64,000 bases of DNA, taken from assembly GCF_036321535.1 (NCBI RefSeq), contig NC_087444.1, positions 43,772,001 to 43,836,000 on the forward strand, in the 5' to 3' direction. This document shows, one piece after another, positions 24,380-37,801 of the stretch. The first letter of the stretch is position 1. Each line of letters starts with the position of its first letter. The position numbers and the translations under genes were made by a program. Under the pieces are notes generated by a model. The model was given only the letters and a program-made list of their open reading frames with translations. It searched no databases and had not been told where the DNA came from. The stretch is from Camelus dromedarius (taxonomy: Eukaryota).

Positions 24380-25643
24380 TCCTGTCAGCACTCTCATCTT
24401 TACATCCTCACCCTTGAACCCACATCCTCAGCCAGCCCCTACACCCCATTCTCGGTGAAGCTTCTGTTCCAATGATTTGTCTACCTCAACTGTCTCTAAG
24501 TGCTCCCGTCAAAGCTGCCAACCATCTCTGAACTTTCTCTGTTCTCTAAACTGTCAAGGGCCGCACAGCCCGGTCCCCCTCATCCGCTCCGTCTGCACGC
24601 CCCAGCAGGCGGGTCTCACTCAGCCCTGCTTCCAACATCACACAATCCGACGGCTCCCAAATTTCTATCTCCGCCTGGCACCCCTCCTGTATATCCAATT
24701 GTGTGTGTGACATTTCCACCTGGGGGTCTCATAGGCAGATTTTACCAGCTACAAAGCAGAACTTCTGATTTTCCTCCCATTGGTGTTTCCCATCATGGAA
24801 AATAGGGCTATTATTTACCCAGTGGTTCAAACTCCAACCCAGGAATCTACTTTGATTCTTCTCCTTACTTTGCACAGATCCAGCCTGTTGGTAATTCCAG
24901 TTGGTTCTACCTCCAGTGCATTGGGAATGTGTCTGCTTCTTGGCTCTTCCACTGCCATCTCCCTAAGCTAGGCCACCGCTGGTGCCTCACCTGGATGGTG
25001 ACATCTGTCTCCTCTGCTCTCCCTGCACCCAACCTCACTCCTTTACATCTCTTCTCTACCCTGTAGCCACAGACATCATCGAGCCAAACTGACATTAACA
25101 AACAAATTAGATCACATCTCGCCTCTGCTCAAATCCCTCCAATGGTTTCCACGACACTGAAAATCCAAACTCCTTACCCTGACCTTGAAGGCCCTGCATG
25201 GGCTAACCCCACCTGACTCATCTCTTGCTCTCCCCCGCGCTCCCCAGGTTCTGCTTCACTGGCCTCCTTAAACATGCCAACCTCCTTCCTCCCCAGAGTC
25301 ACCTCGGTGGCTGTGTCCTCTGCTGGGAGGCTCCTGCAGCAGCTCTTCCCAAGGCTGATCCCTTCTCATCCTCAGGTCGCTGGCAAGTGCACCTCCCTAG
25401 TGCCCACCTTGGCCATCCACTCCAGAGTAGCTATCGTGTCACACAGCAGTTTTTAACAATCTCATTCACTTGTTCATTGCCTGTCTCCCCTGCAGAATGT
25501 AAGACTCCAAAGAGCAAGGATTGTGCCGACCCTTTCACTGCTGATCTGTCGTGTATAGCAAGTGCCTGGCACGAGGAGGTGCTTAACAAGTTCGTGCAGC
25601 ATAGAATGAATGAATGAATGAATGAATGAATGAATGAATGAAT
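24380..25643 (+). mobile_element. LINE-2 3' portion ending in (ATGA)n tail (about 25606-25643)
   Basis: L2 3'UTR motifs cctctgctcaaatccctccaatgg, agaatgtaagactccaaagagcaagga, gtgcctggcacgaggaggtgcttaacaa. Confidence 0.8.
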
Positions 25644-26162
25644 GAGCCCTCCTCTCAGAGGTGCTGAGAGCAGAAGGCAGCTCGGGGAGTGGATCCGACA
25701 GGAAGGCTTGCTTTGAAGCCTTGATCGTAACAATTTCGTCTCACGTTCATCTCATATTTTAATGCTTTGACAAAATTTGTTTGGTTCATCTGAGCCTCAC
25801 AAGTGCCCGATGATGGCGGCGTCAGGGCAGGCACGTGACCACTTGGAAATGGAAGGTCACAGAGGTCGAAGGTATGAGCTCAGCATTAAATTGGAGACAG
25901 AGCTGGGCAGGGACCCAGGTTTTCTTTCATTCTCAGGCTTTTTCCACTAAACAAAGATGTTCTCTACCTCTGCTCCTCCTCCCGCGCTCCCTGCGTTATT
26001 TTTCTTAATGAAAGGTTCAGAGTTGGAAACAGCTGCCTTTGTAGTCATAGAGCTGGTTAAGACACAAACAAGAGAAAAACTGGGACAGACAAGGCCCCCT
26101 CGAGTCTTTATTCTAAAGAATCCTCTTCCAGAAACAACTGGGGGCAGAGCGGGGAGACCCAC

Positions 26163-26216
26163 CTGGTTTTCTCTTGATTGGTGTAAATCTTTATCCGGTC
26201 AGCAGTAAAGCAGAAT
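26163..26216 (-). CDS. USB1: USB1 exon 4
   Basis: (R)FCFTADRIKIYTNQEKT(R); 54 nt; AG/GT; too short for the ORF track. Confidence 0.95.
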
Positions 26217-27999
26217 CTGAAATTCAGAAGAAGAAAGACCACATTTCAGAAAGAAGAATAAGAAAAAAAAATTAGAGAAAATCGTTTGTATTAAAAAAGA
26301 GCACTTTGAAAGAAAAAAAAGAGTACTTTGAAAACATAGTTAACTCATTTCACAGTATTGTCACCCTATTTTTACAGGTGGTAAATTGAACTCTAAAATA
26401 TTAGACCTGGACAAGACCTTAAATAATCACCCAGTCCAGGTCACACAGAGCTTCACTCAGATGCTAGAAAAATTTTTACTTTATTAAGAGCAGTTTATTC
26501 CAATAAGCAATTTGAGACTATCTCAGCTTTACTGATAAGAAATGAGAAAGTCTTGTTCATCAGGTGGGTGATAATAGGTCATTTAAGGGCCAATTTGTTC
26601 TTTGCAGGTTAAGACAATTCCGACCCAGTCTAAGCAACAAGAACCTTTCTGTGTGCCTGGGCTGCGCTGAGGGCCTGCACATGTCAGCTGGGGACCCTCC
26701 TACGACCCTGAAGCAGGCACCATAATGACCCCCATGTTACTGACGTGGAAACAAGCTTGGTGAGTCACAATCTGAACTTCAATCTGCCTGATTCCAGAGC
26801 CCTTGCTCTCACCTATGATGCTTTGGTGAAAGGGCCTTTGTTGGTGTGAAACTGGGGCAACCACCCACCCACTCTCCCCTCAGATCAGCCACACAGGGCT
26901 GTCAGGCTCAGCCAGGTGAGTGCTCTGACTCTGGCTGGTCCCGCTTGTGTTCTCTCCGACACCAGGAGATCTCAGAGGGACAGGCTGGCTTCCTGCCCTT
27001 CCCGGACCAGCTTGCAAATCCCATTACAGGAAATGCTCACTTTACAGGCTCCAGGCCAAGGTCTCACCCCAACCTGAGGGAATGCCTGCCCACCCTCCCC
27101 CAACCCTGCACTTGCCGGGTAGAATTTCACAACCTATCCAAGGGCGCAAAGTCAGTCAACTTTTGGCTTCCCTATTGGCCTTCAGTCTCTTAGTGCATCC
27201 CTCCGGAAAACGTAAGGGGTGACAGGACCAGCAGAAGCGTAAGCACAGAGTGCCTGACAAACGTCCTGGAGTGGACATGGGGTGTCTGTGCCCAACTGTG
27301 ACGGTATTTCTTTGTGTGACTTGACTGGAGTAAGGGATGCCCGGACAGCTGGTAAAACATTGTTTCTGGGGTGTCTGTGAGGGTGTTTTGGGAAAGATTA
27401 GCAATTAAATTGGTGAGCTGAGTAGAGCAAATGGCCCTCCCGAACGTGGGTGCGTGTCATCCAACATGCTCCAGAACAGAAATGCAGAGGAAGGACAAAC
27501 GCAGGCTCTCCCTGCTTGAGCCAAGATGCCCGCCTTCTCCTGCCCTTGGACACCGGCATTCCTGATTCTTAGGCTTTCAGGCTCCTTTGGGTCTTACACC
27601 CTCAGCTCCTCCCCACCCCCTCCCTGGTTCTCAGGCCCTTGGACTCACGCTGATTTACACCCCTGGCTTTCCTGGTTCCCCAGCTTGCTGAGGAAGCTCA
27701 CTGTGGGACCCGATCTTCCGAACTGCGCGAGCCATTCCTACAATAAATTTCCTCCTATCTCTGTATCTCTCTATCCTATTGGTTCAAAGTCTCTGGAGAA
27801 CCCTCATATAGATTTTGGTACTTAGACTGGTTTTAGAGGTTCAGAATTTTAAGGATGAGTTTTCTGAATTAGTTCTGGCATTTCTGGAATTCACTCTCTA
27901 ATCTGATTAGATTCAAAGACACTAACGACTCTCTATCTCCAGTAGAAAAGAGAGCACTGATAGTCCAGGCATGAACTGTTTATAGAGATGTGAAAATAC

Positions 28000-30900
28000 A
28001 CTCATGGGATATTCCTCATCAACCACTGATTAGAAGCAGGGAGCTAAGTGACCCTAAATGGTACTTTCACGCATTTTTGGAAAACTAAGGAATATAATAA
28101 CATTGATTGATTGCTCCTAATGTTACTGGACAAAGTAGTGAAATAAAAAGACAGGCTCAGGAAACTGAATTCCCAACTCCAGCATAAAGGACCTAAGGGC
28201 CTCCATGTGTGCCCTAAAGGAGGCCCTTCTCTCTTGTCGCTACAGGGCTGAAATCGCTGAAAATCAAACTCAGGACCTTATTCTCCCATTGGCTGAATTA
28301 CAGCACAAGTTGAACCCCTTGGCCATGCAGGATGTCCCAGTTAAACTGGGGGCACTGACTGGGAAAGAGTGGGATCCTGTGAGCTGGGAAACCCCGATGA
28401 AGTGGGGGGCATAGTGCTCTTAAATTCCGATGAGTCTTCTCTGCCAATGGAAGGGTCCTCCTCACCTAGAGTGTCAGGGATCTTCCCTTCCACCTGAGGG
28501 GGTTAACCCTGCCTTGCCCAACGAAGCGGTAACGGTCTCCCCTGAGGGCAGATGCCAAGAAAATGTTGTCTCCTCAGGACCCACCCCATCACCCACTCCA
28601 TCTCGCTTCTAGATCTGTAATGAGACTCAAGTCACAGCAAACCCCTAAATTAGGTGAGGTACTGTGTGTGACCCACCAGTGTGCTACACTCCAGAACTAC
28701 TTGAGTTTTCTAATTTATACAGCAGAAATCCAGGCACCATGTGTGGGAGTGGATTTTAAAGGTGTGGGGTGATGGTAGAAGGATCATTAAGTTGGACCAG
28801 GCTGAACTGATATGCGCTCACTAAGCAGAGATTCAGCATGTAATGGTGCAGCTTGGGGAGTTAGAAAGGGATCTGTTTTTTGGGTTTGACAGCTGAAGCG
28901 TGGACCAAAAGGTGGCCCACAGTGAGTGAACTGGAAATACCTGGCCCGCAAGGGGGGCGTAGTTACCAAAATGGACAGCAGAGGCAAAGCAGCAATCAGA
29001 ATAGTCTGACTCGTGCAGACCTACGGCATTGGCTAGCTGATCATGGTGTTCCCACAAGTGAAATGGATAAGGAGCTTACTAAATTCTTCCTTCATCTGAA
29101 TAAGCAGAGGAGTTTTAGGCAAAGTGCACCAAAGTCTAACTTGAATTATAAAGACAGAGTCCTGGACCCTCAATTCCTAGGCTTGAGCCAATTCCCAGAC
29201 CCAGAGCCCCTTAAATGAAGGGGAGGCTGGTTCCCCTTGAGGAAGGACCCTGGTCCACTACTACAAATTTATATTGTTAATCTTCCTCCCAGCCTTCCCC
29301 AAAGGGACCTACGGCATTTTACCAGGGTAACTGTGCATTGGGGAAAAGGAAATAACCAGCCCTCCCAGAACTACTGGACACTGGCTCTGAACTGACACTA
29401 ATTCCAGGAGACCCAAAATGTCACTGTGGTCCCTCACTCAGAGTAGTGGAGGTCAGGTAATCAATGGAGTTGTAGCTCAGGTCATCTCACAGTGGTTCCC
29501 CAAGCCCATCCTGTGGTTATGACTGTAGTTCCAGAATGTATAATTGGAACAGACATACTCAGCCACTGGCAGAATCCCCAGACTGATTCTCTCTCCTGTG
29601 GAGTGAGGGCTATTACGGTGGGAAAGGCCAAGTGAAGCTGTTAGGGCTGCCTCTACCCAGGAAAATGGTCAATCAAAAGCAATATCACATCCCTGGAGAG
29701 ACTGCAGAGCTCAGGGCCACCATCGAGGACCTGAAAGGTGCAGGGCTGGTAATTCCCACGTCTCCATTCAACTCTCATTCTGTCTGCACAGAAGATAGAT
29801 GGATCTTGGAGAATGGTAGTGGATGGTCATAAGCTTAACCAGGTAGTGACTTCAACTGCAGCTGCTGTTCCAGATGTGGTTTCATTGCTTAAGCAAACTA
29901 ACACCTCCCTGGTTCCTAGTATGCAGCTACTGACCTGGCAAATACATTTTCCTCCATCGCTGTCCATAAGGCCCAGAAGCCATTTATGCTCAGGCCAGCG
30001 ATGCACCTTCGCTGTCCTACCTCTGGGCTCTGTCATCTCTCCAGCCCTATGTCCTAATTTTTTTGGAGAGTCTGATCACCTTCCCCCTCCATGAGATATC
30101 ACACTGGTTCATTATTGGTGACATTATGCTGACTGGACCTAATGAGCAGAGAGAGGCAACTACTCTAGACTTATTGCTAAGACATTTGTGTGTCAGAGGG
30201 TGGGAGATACATCCAACTAAAGGGGCCTTCTACCTCAGTGAAATGTCCAGGGGTTCAATGGTGTGGGGCGTGCTGAGATATCCCCTTTAAGATGAAGGAT
30301 GAAGTATTTTTAAAATAAGGTATGTATATTATTTTTAAAAAATATAATGCTATTGCATGGGTAATAGACTACAGTAGGGTAAACATAACTTTTACATGCA
30401 TCAGGAAACCCCAAAATTCGTATGACTCATTTAATTTTATTCTGGAACAGAACCCACAATATCTGTATATGCTCTGAATCAGCACCCACTTATGGTGCTG
30501 TATCTCCTGTAGCCAGGATTCATGGGTCCAGGAATCAAGGGGTAGAGATGGCACTGGTACCACTCACAATTACCTTACTGATCCATTAGCAAAACTTTTG
30601 CTTCCTGTTCCCACATCTTCATGCTCTGATAGCCCAGAGGTGTTAGTTCCAGAGGGAGGAACGCTTCCACCAGGAGACAGAGTGGTTCTGTTGAACTGGA
30701 AATTAAGACTTGCCACCTTGCCACTTTAAGCAGCTTGTATCTTTGAATCAGTAGGCAAAAGAGCTGCAGTGTTGGCCGGGGTCCCTGGTCCTGACTACCA
30801 AGAGGAAACTGGACTACTACTCCACAATGGAGATAAAGAAGAGGAGGGATGTCTGGACAATAGGAGATCCGTTATGGCATCTCTTAGCATTACCACGCCT

Positions 30901-31100
30901 GGTGACTTAAGGTCAGTGGAAAACTACAACAACCCTACCCAGGCAGGATTGGTAATGGCCCAGACCCTTCAGGAATGAAGGTTTGGGTCACTCCCCCAGG
31001 TAAAGAACCACAACCATCTAAAGTGCTTGCTGAAGGCACAGGGAATACAGAGCTAAGTAGCAGAAGGTAGTTGTAAATACCAGCCACGACCATGTGACCG
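28000..31100 (+). pseudogene. ERV-L gag/pro/RT fragment, integrase C-terminus and dUTPase remnant
   Basis: LLDTGSELTLIPGDPKCHCGP (protease, about 29370-29430); [39 protein letters not shown] (RT); EVLVPEGGTLPPGD..LNWKLRL and PDYQEE (dUTPase-like, about 30635-30805). Confidence 0.85.
30301..30465 (+). mobile_element. Tigger1 3'-terminal fragment at an ERV-L deletion junction
   Basis: aaggtatgtatatt...ataatgctattgca...tagactacagta...ggaacagaacccacaatatctg followed by TA. Confidence 0.7.
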
Positions 31101-31177
31101 ATTACAGAAATGAGGACTAGAATCGTCTTGAGTATTCCCTCCTTATTTTGTTCTGAGTACATCCCTGAGTAAATATA

Positions 31178-33514
31178 CAGGCATACCTCAGGAGTACTGC
31201 AGGTTTGGATCCAGAACATCACAATAAAGTGAACACTGCAATAAAGTGAGTCACATGGAATTTTTACTTCCAAGTGCATATAAAAGATATGTTGGCACTA
31301 CACCGTAGTCTCATAAGTGTGCAATGCCATTATGTTTTAAAAAACAATGTGCATACCTTACTTTAAAAATATTTTATTGCTAAAAAAGGCTAACCATCAT
31401 TTGAGCCTTCAGTGAGTTGTAATCTCTTTGCTGGTGGAGGGTCTAGCCTCGCTGCTTATGGCCGCTGACTGATCAGGGTGGTGCTTGCTGACGGTTGGGG
31501 TGGTGGTGGTAATCTCTTAAAATACGACAACAATAAGGCAAAGGATGAAGTCTGAAGAATTGATTGACTCTTCCTTTCATGAACAATTTCTCTGCAGCAT
31601 GTAATGCAATGCTGCTTGATAGCATTTTACACACAGAACTTCTTTCAAAATTGGAGTCAATCCTCTCAAACCCTGCCGCTGCTTTATCAACTGAGTTTAC
31701 GTTATACTCTAAATGAATGCTGNNNNNNNNNNNNNNNNNNNNNNNNNNNNNNNNNNNNNNNNNNNNNNNNNNNNNNNNNNNNNNNNNNNNNNNNNNNNNN
31801 NNNNNNNNNNNNNNNNNNNNNNNNNNNNNNNNNNNNNNNNNNNNNNNNNNNNNNNNNNNNNNNNNNNNNNNNNNNNNNNNNNNNNNNNNNNNNNNNNNNN
31901 NNNNNNNNNNNNNNNNNNNNNNNNNNNNNNNNNNNNNNNNNNNNNNNNNNNNNNNNNNNNNNNNNNNNNNNNNNNNNNNNNNNNNNNNNNNNNNNNNNNN
32001 NNNNNNNNNNNNNNNNNNNNNNNNNNNNNNNNNNNNNNNNNNNNNNNNNNNNNNNNNNNNNNNNNNNNNNNNNNNNNNNNNNNNNNNNNNNNNNNNNNNN
32101 NNNNNNNNNNNNNNNNNNNNNNNNNNNNNNNNNNNNNNNNNNNNNNNNNNNNNNNNNNNNNNNNNNNNNNNNNNNNNNNNNNNNNNNNNNNNNGTGTCAG
32201 CAAGCATGAAAACAACACTGATCTTATTGTCCATCTCCATCATAGCTCTTGGGTGACCAGTTGCATTGTCAGTGAGCACTATNNNNNNNNNNNNNNNNNN
32301 NNNNNNNNNNNNNNNNNNNNNNNNNNNNNNNNNNNNNNNNNNNNNNNNNNNNNNNNNNNNNNNNNNNNNNNNNNNNNNNNNNNNNNNNNNNNNNNNNNNN
32401 NNNNNNNNNNNNNNNNNNNNNNNNNNNNNNNNNNNNNNNNNNNNNNNNNNNNNNNNNNNNNNNNNNNNNNNNNNNNNNNNNNNNNNNNNNNNNNNNNNNN
32501 NNNNNCTAATGAGTCAGCCTGCCCTTTGAAGCCAGGCATTGACTTCTCCTCTCTAGCTATGAAAGGCCCAGATGGCATCTTCCTCCNNNNNNNNNNNNNN
32601 NNNNNNNNNNNNNNNNNNNNNNNNNNNNNNNNNNNNNNNNNNNNNNNNNNNNNNNNNNNNNNNNNNNNNNNNNNNNNNNNNNNNNNNNNNNNNNNNNNNN
32701 NNNNNNNNNNNNNNNNNNNNNNNNNNNNNNNNNNNNNNNNNNNNNNNNNNNNNNNNNNNNNNNNNNNNNNNNNNNNNNNNNNNNNNNNNNNNNNNNNNNN
32801 NNNNNNNNNNNNNNNNNNNNNNNNNNNNNNNNNNNNNNNNNNNNNNNNNNNNNNNNNNNNNNNNNNNNNNNNNNNNNNNNNNNNNNNNNNNNNNNNNNNN
32901 NNNNNNNNNNNNNNNNNNNNNNNNNNNNNNNGCTTTCTTATCAGTCCTGTGTTCACTGGAGTAGCACTTAATTTCCTTCAAGAACTTTTCCTTTGCATTC
33001 ACAACATAGCTAACTGGCACAGGAGGCTTAGCTTTCAGCCTGCCTTGGCTTTCAACATGCCTTCCTCACTAAGCTTAATCATTTTGGCTTTTGATTTAAA
33101 GACTTTTCTTTCACTTGAACCCTTGGAGGCCATGTAGGGTTATTAACTGCAATACTGCTGTATCTCGGGGGAAAAGGGTGGCCCAAGGGGAGGGAAAGAG
33201 ATGGGGGGAATGGTCGGTCAGTGAGGCCATCAGAACATACACATTTATCAATTAAGCTTGTGGTCTTACATGGGTGTGATTCCTGGCACCCCAAAATAAT
33301 TACAATAGTAACACAAAGAACTGATCACAGATCNNNNNNNNNNNNNNNNNNNNNNNNNNNNNNNNNNNNNNNNNNNNNNNNNNNNNNNNNNNNNNNNNNN
33401 NNNNNNNNNNNNNNNNNNNNNNNNNNNNNNNNNNNNNNNNNNNNNNNNNNNNNNNNNNNNNNNNNNNNNNNNNNNNNNNNNNNNNNNNNNNNNNNNNNNN
33501 NNNNNNNNNNNNNN
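31178..33514 (-). mobile_element. Near full-length Tigger1 DNA transposon (largely N gaps; far end inside a gap)
   Basis: TA then caggcatacctc TIR; transposase fragments VVNAKEKFLKEIK, KMPSGPFIAREEKSMPGFK, DNATGHPRAMMEM..VVFM, DKAAAGFERIDSNFERSS. Confidence 0.88.
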
Positions 33515-36196
33515 ATTTAGCAAATACCTTGTTTGCTTCTCTTATTCCCTTATCAGGTAACATATGATGTACAGACTCCACATTAGTATTTAAGTCTTAT
33601 TAATTTTACATCATAGTATTCAAGTTATGGGCTATCAGAAGAGTAACAGCATCACTCAAGAACTTTACCTCCTCTTCTGGGGAAGGGATTAGTGTATCTG
33701 CAGATGTGCACTGAATATTATATCATGTTAGGCAGAATTATGACCTTGTTGTGTCTTAATTAGAGATTCAGCATGTTTAAGGAGATGCATACAAGTGTCA
33801 AGTTGACAAGAGATGGACTTGTGATGGTTACTTTTATGTGTCAACTTGACTGGGCTAAGCGATGCCCAGACAGTGGGTAAAACATTATCTTTGGGTTTGT
33901 CTGTGAGGGTGTTTCTGGAAAGACTGGCGTTTGGATTGGCAAACTGAGAAAGGCAAACGGCCCTCCCCAATGTGGGTGGGTGGGTGTCATGCCATCTGTC
34001 GAGAGCCGGAATAGATCAAAATGGCAGGGGAAGGACAAACTCCCCTTCTCTGCTTGAGCTGAGACATCTGTCTCTGCCTTCCAACACTGGCACTCCTGGT
34101 TCTCAGGCTCTTGGGCTCATATCAGGACTTAGGCTGTCAGCCCCTGATTTTCAGGGCTTTGGAATCGAACTGAATTAGACCACGGGCTTTCCTGGTTCTC
34201 TCCTTGCAGATGGCAGATAGTGGTCTTCTTCACCTCCATAACCATGTAAGCCAATTCTTACATCTCTCGTGTGTAACTATATACATCCTATTGGTTCTGT
34301 TTTTCTGGAGAACTCTGACTAATACACCAACCACCACCCCTTCTCCTGGTGATCCTGTGTTGGAGAACTGCTCTCCCATTTTGTGCTGGTAGAGTGGTCA
34401 ACCCCATCTCCCCGAGGAAGGGGTGTGTACCTGACCCAGGCCTGGCCGATCAGAGCATTCCTGCAGTCATGGCAATCGAATCAGAGGTGCGCTACCCACT
34501 CTTGGTCATCTTAGGCTCAACCAGTCAAGCTCAAAGAGGCCACCAGGCCCAGCTTCCTTCAGGACACGGGCTAGGAAACACTGCACCAGCAGGGCAGCAC
34601 CAGGGAGGGCCATCCCAGTGGTCCAGGTGCTGTTCCCTGGTCCCTAAGTGAGCAGAAGAACAAGCTACATCTATGCATCCCAGGGACCAATGTGATGGCC
34701 CTTTGGCAAAGTTTCCAGACGTCTCAGCGAGGGACTTGCCCAGGGAAAGAACCACCGCACGTAGGGAAGCCCACCAGGGACTTGGTTCACTCACAGCCTT
34801 CCTAGCCCAGACACGGTGTGCACTAATAAGCCATTTTTACCGTAAGTGACCTGGCCCATGAACATAGCTGGTATTCCACCTTTATCTAGGGAACAGAGCT
34901 AGAGGCAGGGTAACTGAAGCATTCACAGGTAGAAGGGGGGAAAGGGTTTGTTAACTCTGCTTATGAAGGGAGAGCTCTGTGCCATATGATGACATATGAA
35001 GCCAGGGACACCTCTGAACTTTTTAGTTACATCGACCTATAAATCCCCCCGCCCCCACCATTTAACCCAATTTTGGTTGGATTTCTGGTTGGATTTCAGC
35101 CTGGATGAAAAGAGTCCTGACTAATATACATATGACTCAATAAAAAGGGGGGTGGGGGCTGGATTAGGTGGAGAGATGAGTTTTAGTCCTGATTCTCTGA
35201 CTAAATGAATTGGAGCCAATCTTTTTGTCTCTAGCCCTGAGAAGGGGTTAAAGGAGGGAGCCAGTTCTCCAGTTGGGCAGAGCATTTGTATGAAATTCCT
35301 GGGCCCAAGGCCTCCTGCAGTGTGAGGGTGGGGCTTTGGCTAGAAGACTTCTATCTTTGTCTCTCTTACACATCTACAAAACACATCAGGGATTTGTGTA
35401 ATGCCTTATTTCAAGAAAGGATTCTGCAGATAAAATCAGGGTGAGAAAACCACCGCCTGGATGGCTTCTTAGGCTCCTTCTGGAACCAGCATTCAGGGAA
35501 TCCAGAGGATGATATCTGGGTTCCCTCTCCTGCTCAGTCCTTCAACAAACATCTATTTGATGCCTACAGTGAGCTGGAAGAATGATGTAGGGTGATTCAG
35601 AGAGAAGCTGCACTCCTGGGCCAGCAGGAACTTGGGCTCCAGAGAGGGAGATGGGACACGGGGATGACTGGATGTGAGGGTGAGTGGAAAGAGCACTGGG
35701 GTGTAAACAGCCATGGGATGGCAGGATCCCCGGGACTGAGGAATTCTGGGGGAGAGCCTCAGTACAAGAGCAGGGCTCTGATCTGGCCAAGTCTAGGAGG
35801 AAAGGTATTGCTGGAAGGAAGAAGATGTATGAAATAGTTAAGGGGAAAAAAGCTGAGGCTGGCAGACAAAACCAGTAGCAGTGTTGAGTTCTGATCCTTC
35901 GCCAGGTGCCACATTGAGGGCACACGTGACCGCAATCATTCTCGCAAGTCCACTCTGAGGCAGCCACCACCTTCCCCTGACCTGCACACAGACAAGACTC
36001 AGAGGCATGCCCAAGGATGCACAGGATGAAGTGCACGACAGGCAGCCCCAGGAGATGCTGGTGTGCTCATGTTTAGGCTCAGCCTGCTTGAAGGGGTAAT
36101 GCCCCCCACAGGCCCACCCCCACAGGCACTCAGAATAGGAAGGGGAGCCTTGGAGGGCAGGGAAGGGAGAGGCAGAGGCACGCACCAGGCACTCAC

Positions 36197-36380
36197 CTCT
36201 GGAAGGAGGCCACACGGTCTTTCAGAGCCTGCATGAAGGGGAGGATCCAGTGATGGCGCAGAACCACGCTCTGGGACAGACTGAGGTGGAACGCCTCCAT
36301 CCTTACCAACCGGGGGACGTAGGTCCGGGCGCGTGGCAGCAACACATCAAGCAGGTCCAAGAACTCCTCCCCAGCTTCAT
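36197..36380 (-). CDS. USB1: USB1 exon 3 (first HxS catalytic motif)
   Basis: (Y)[60 protein letters not shown](R); 184 nt; AG/GT. Confidence 0.97.
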
Positions 36381-37670
36381 CTGGAGGGGAAAAGTGGGGA
36401 GGGTGGCCCATTCTCTTAGCCAGGGTGGCACGGCTGGATGAGAAAGGCCTTTGTTACTCTGAGTTTTAGGAGGAAGTTACTTTGACAGCAGTCTATGTCA
36501 ATGGATTCTAATAATATTTTAATATGTATTATGGTTATAGAAGTCACATGCGCTACACTGCAAAATTATGTGTTATAAAACGTACACTCTTAAGAACAAA
36601 TTTAAAAAGATAAGATAAAAAGAAATATACTAAAAAGTTTTAATATTTTTCTTTCCAATGGATCATCTTGATCTCCCCTATAGTGCACATACAGCCCACT
36701 TTCAAGACCACTGCCCTAAGGATAAAGATTGTCAGACTTGATACCTAGTTCCCCAGCCTTTTCTCAGTGCAAGCACTGATGTATATATTTTATTTGTTAA
36801 AAAAGATGAGAACATACCATTCAAACTGTTCTTCCACTGGCTTTCTTCATATAACACTATGTGTTGGACCTCCTTCCTCTCATTACATAAGTTCAGCTCA
36901 TGATTACAACTCCACAGTAATCCATAATCAGAAACAGTGCATTTCTTTCATCAGACATTTATGAGACATCTAGAATCTCCTGATAAGACACTTAGAATGC
37001 TCCTAATTATTCATAAAGACAAAGAACTCAACAAGGACCACTGTAGTATGTTTGCAGATTTTTAATTTTTTAGCAAACATGACTGGAGCTGCATGGCTAA
37101 TAGTCTGCTCACACCTAATGAGTTACTCAATTTGTCCAAATGCCCCATGGAGTAGGTAGTATAGAGAATCATTCCCATTTTGTGGATAGGGAAGTGGAGG
37201 TTTCAAGAGCTTAGCTGATATAACACAAAGTGATAAGAGCTACCACATCCTCTGTGGTGCTAAGAACTTGACACAGATACTTCGATTTAATCATCACAAA
37301 AGTCCTAGAGGATAGGTATTACTACTCTCCCCATTTTAGAGATGAGGAAACTGAGGGTCTGAGAAGTCCAGTAACTTAGAAAAGGTCACTCAGAGTAGTG
37401 GGTAGTGGAGTGAGGTCTGACTCTGAAGCCTGGGCATTTTCTGCCTGCCACTCACTCATTAGGAATGGAGTGGGACTTGAACTCAGCACAGCTACAGCCC
37501 TTTTAGAAATAAAGTACCAGCTACAGCCCTAGATCTTCCCCTGGTTACCTCCTCATAAGCAGGAAGAATAGCATACACAGGGTTAGTAAAAAATATTTCA
37601 GCAATGAATTCAAAACTGAAACCAAGTTAACAGAAAAATTCTTCAATTCTTTTTTTAAATTAAAAAACAT

Positions 37671-37801
37671 TTTGTGGGGGAGGCAATCAGGTTTATTTAA
37701 TTAATTTATTTGTTTTATTTTAATGGAGGTACTGGGGATTGAACCCAGGACCTTGTGCATGCTAAGCATGTGCTCTACCACTGAGCTATACCATCCCTCC
37801 C
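37671..37801 (-). mobile_element. tRNA-Ala-derived SINE of camelid vic-1 type
   Basis: minus: gggagggatggtatagctcagtggtagagcacatgcttagcatgcacaaggtcctgggttcaatccccagtacctccattaaaa + AT-rich tail. Confidence 0.82.

Larger units (their letters stand above)
27297..34326 (+). mobile_element. Two-LTR ERV-L provirus (MLT2-type LTRs) in USB1 intron 3, antisense to USB1, internally deleted and carrying Tigger1 insertions
   Basis: LTRs 27297-27810 and 33820-34326 (TGTGA...); internal region starts gattttggtac; PPT region aagttgacaagagatggact; 5-bp TSD CCAAC at 27292-27296 and 34327-34331. Confidence 0.92.

Noticed and set aside
31473-33581. ORFs up to 474 aa
   Set aside because: Mostly X from N gaps; the real fragments are decayed Tigger1 transposase
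37720-37801. tRNA-Ala-like sequence
   Set aside because: No 3' acceptor stem, has an AT-rich tail and flanking duplications: a SINE, not a tRNA gene
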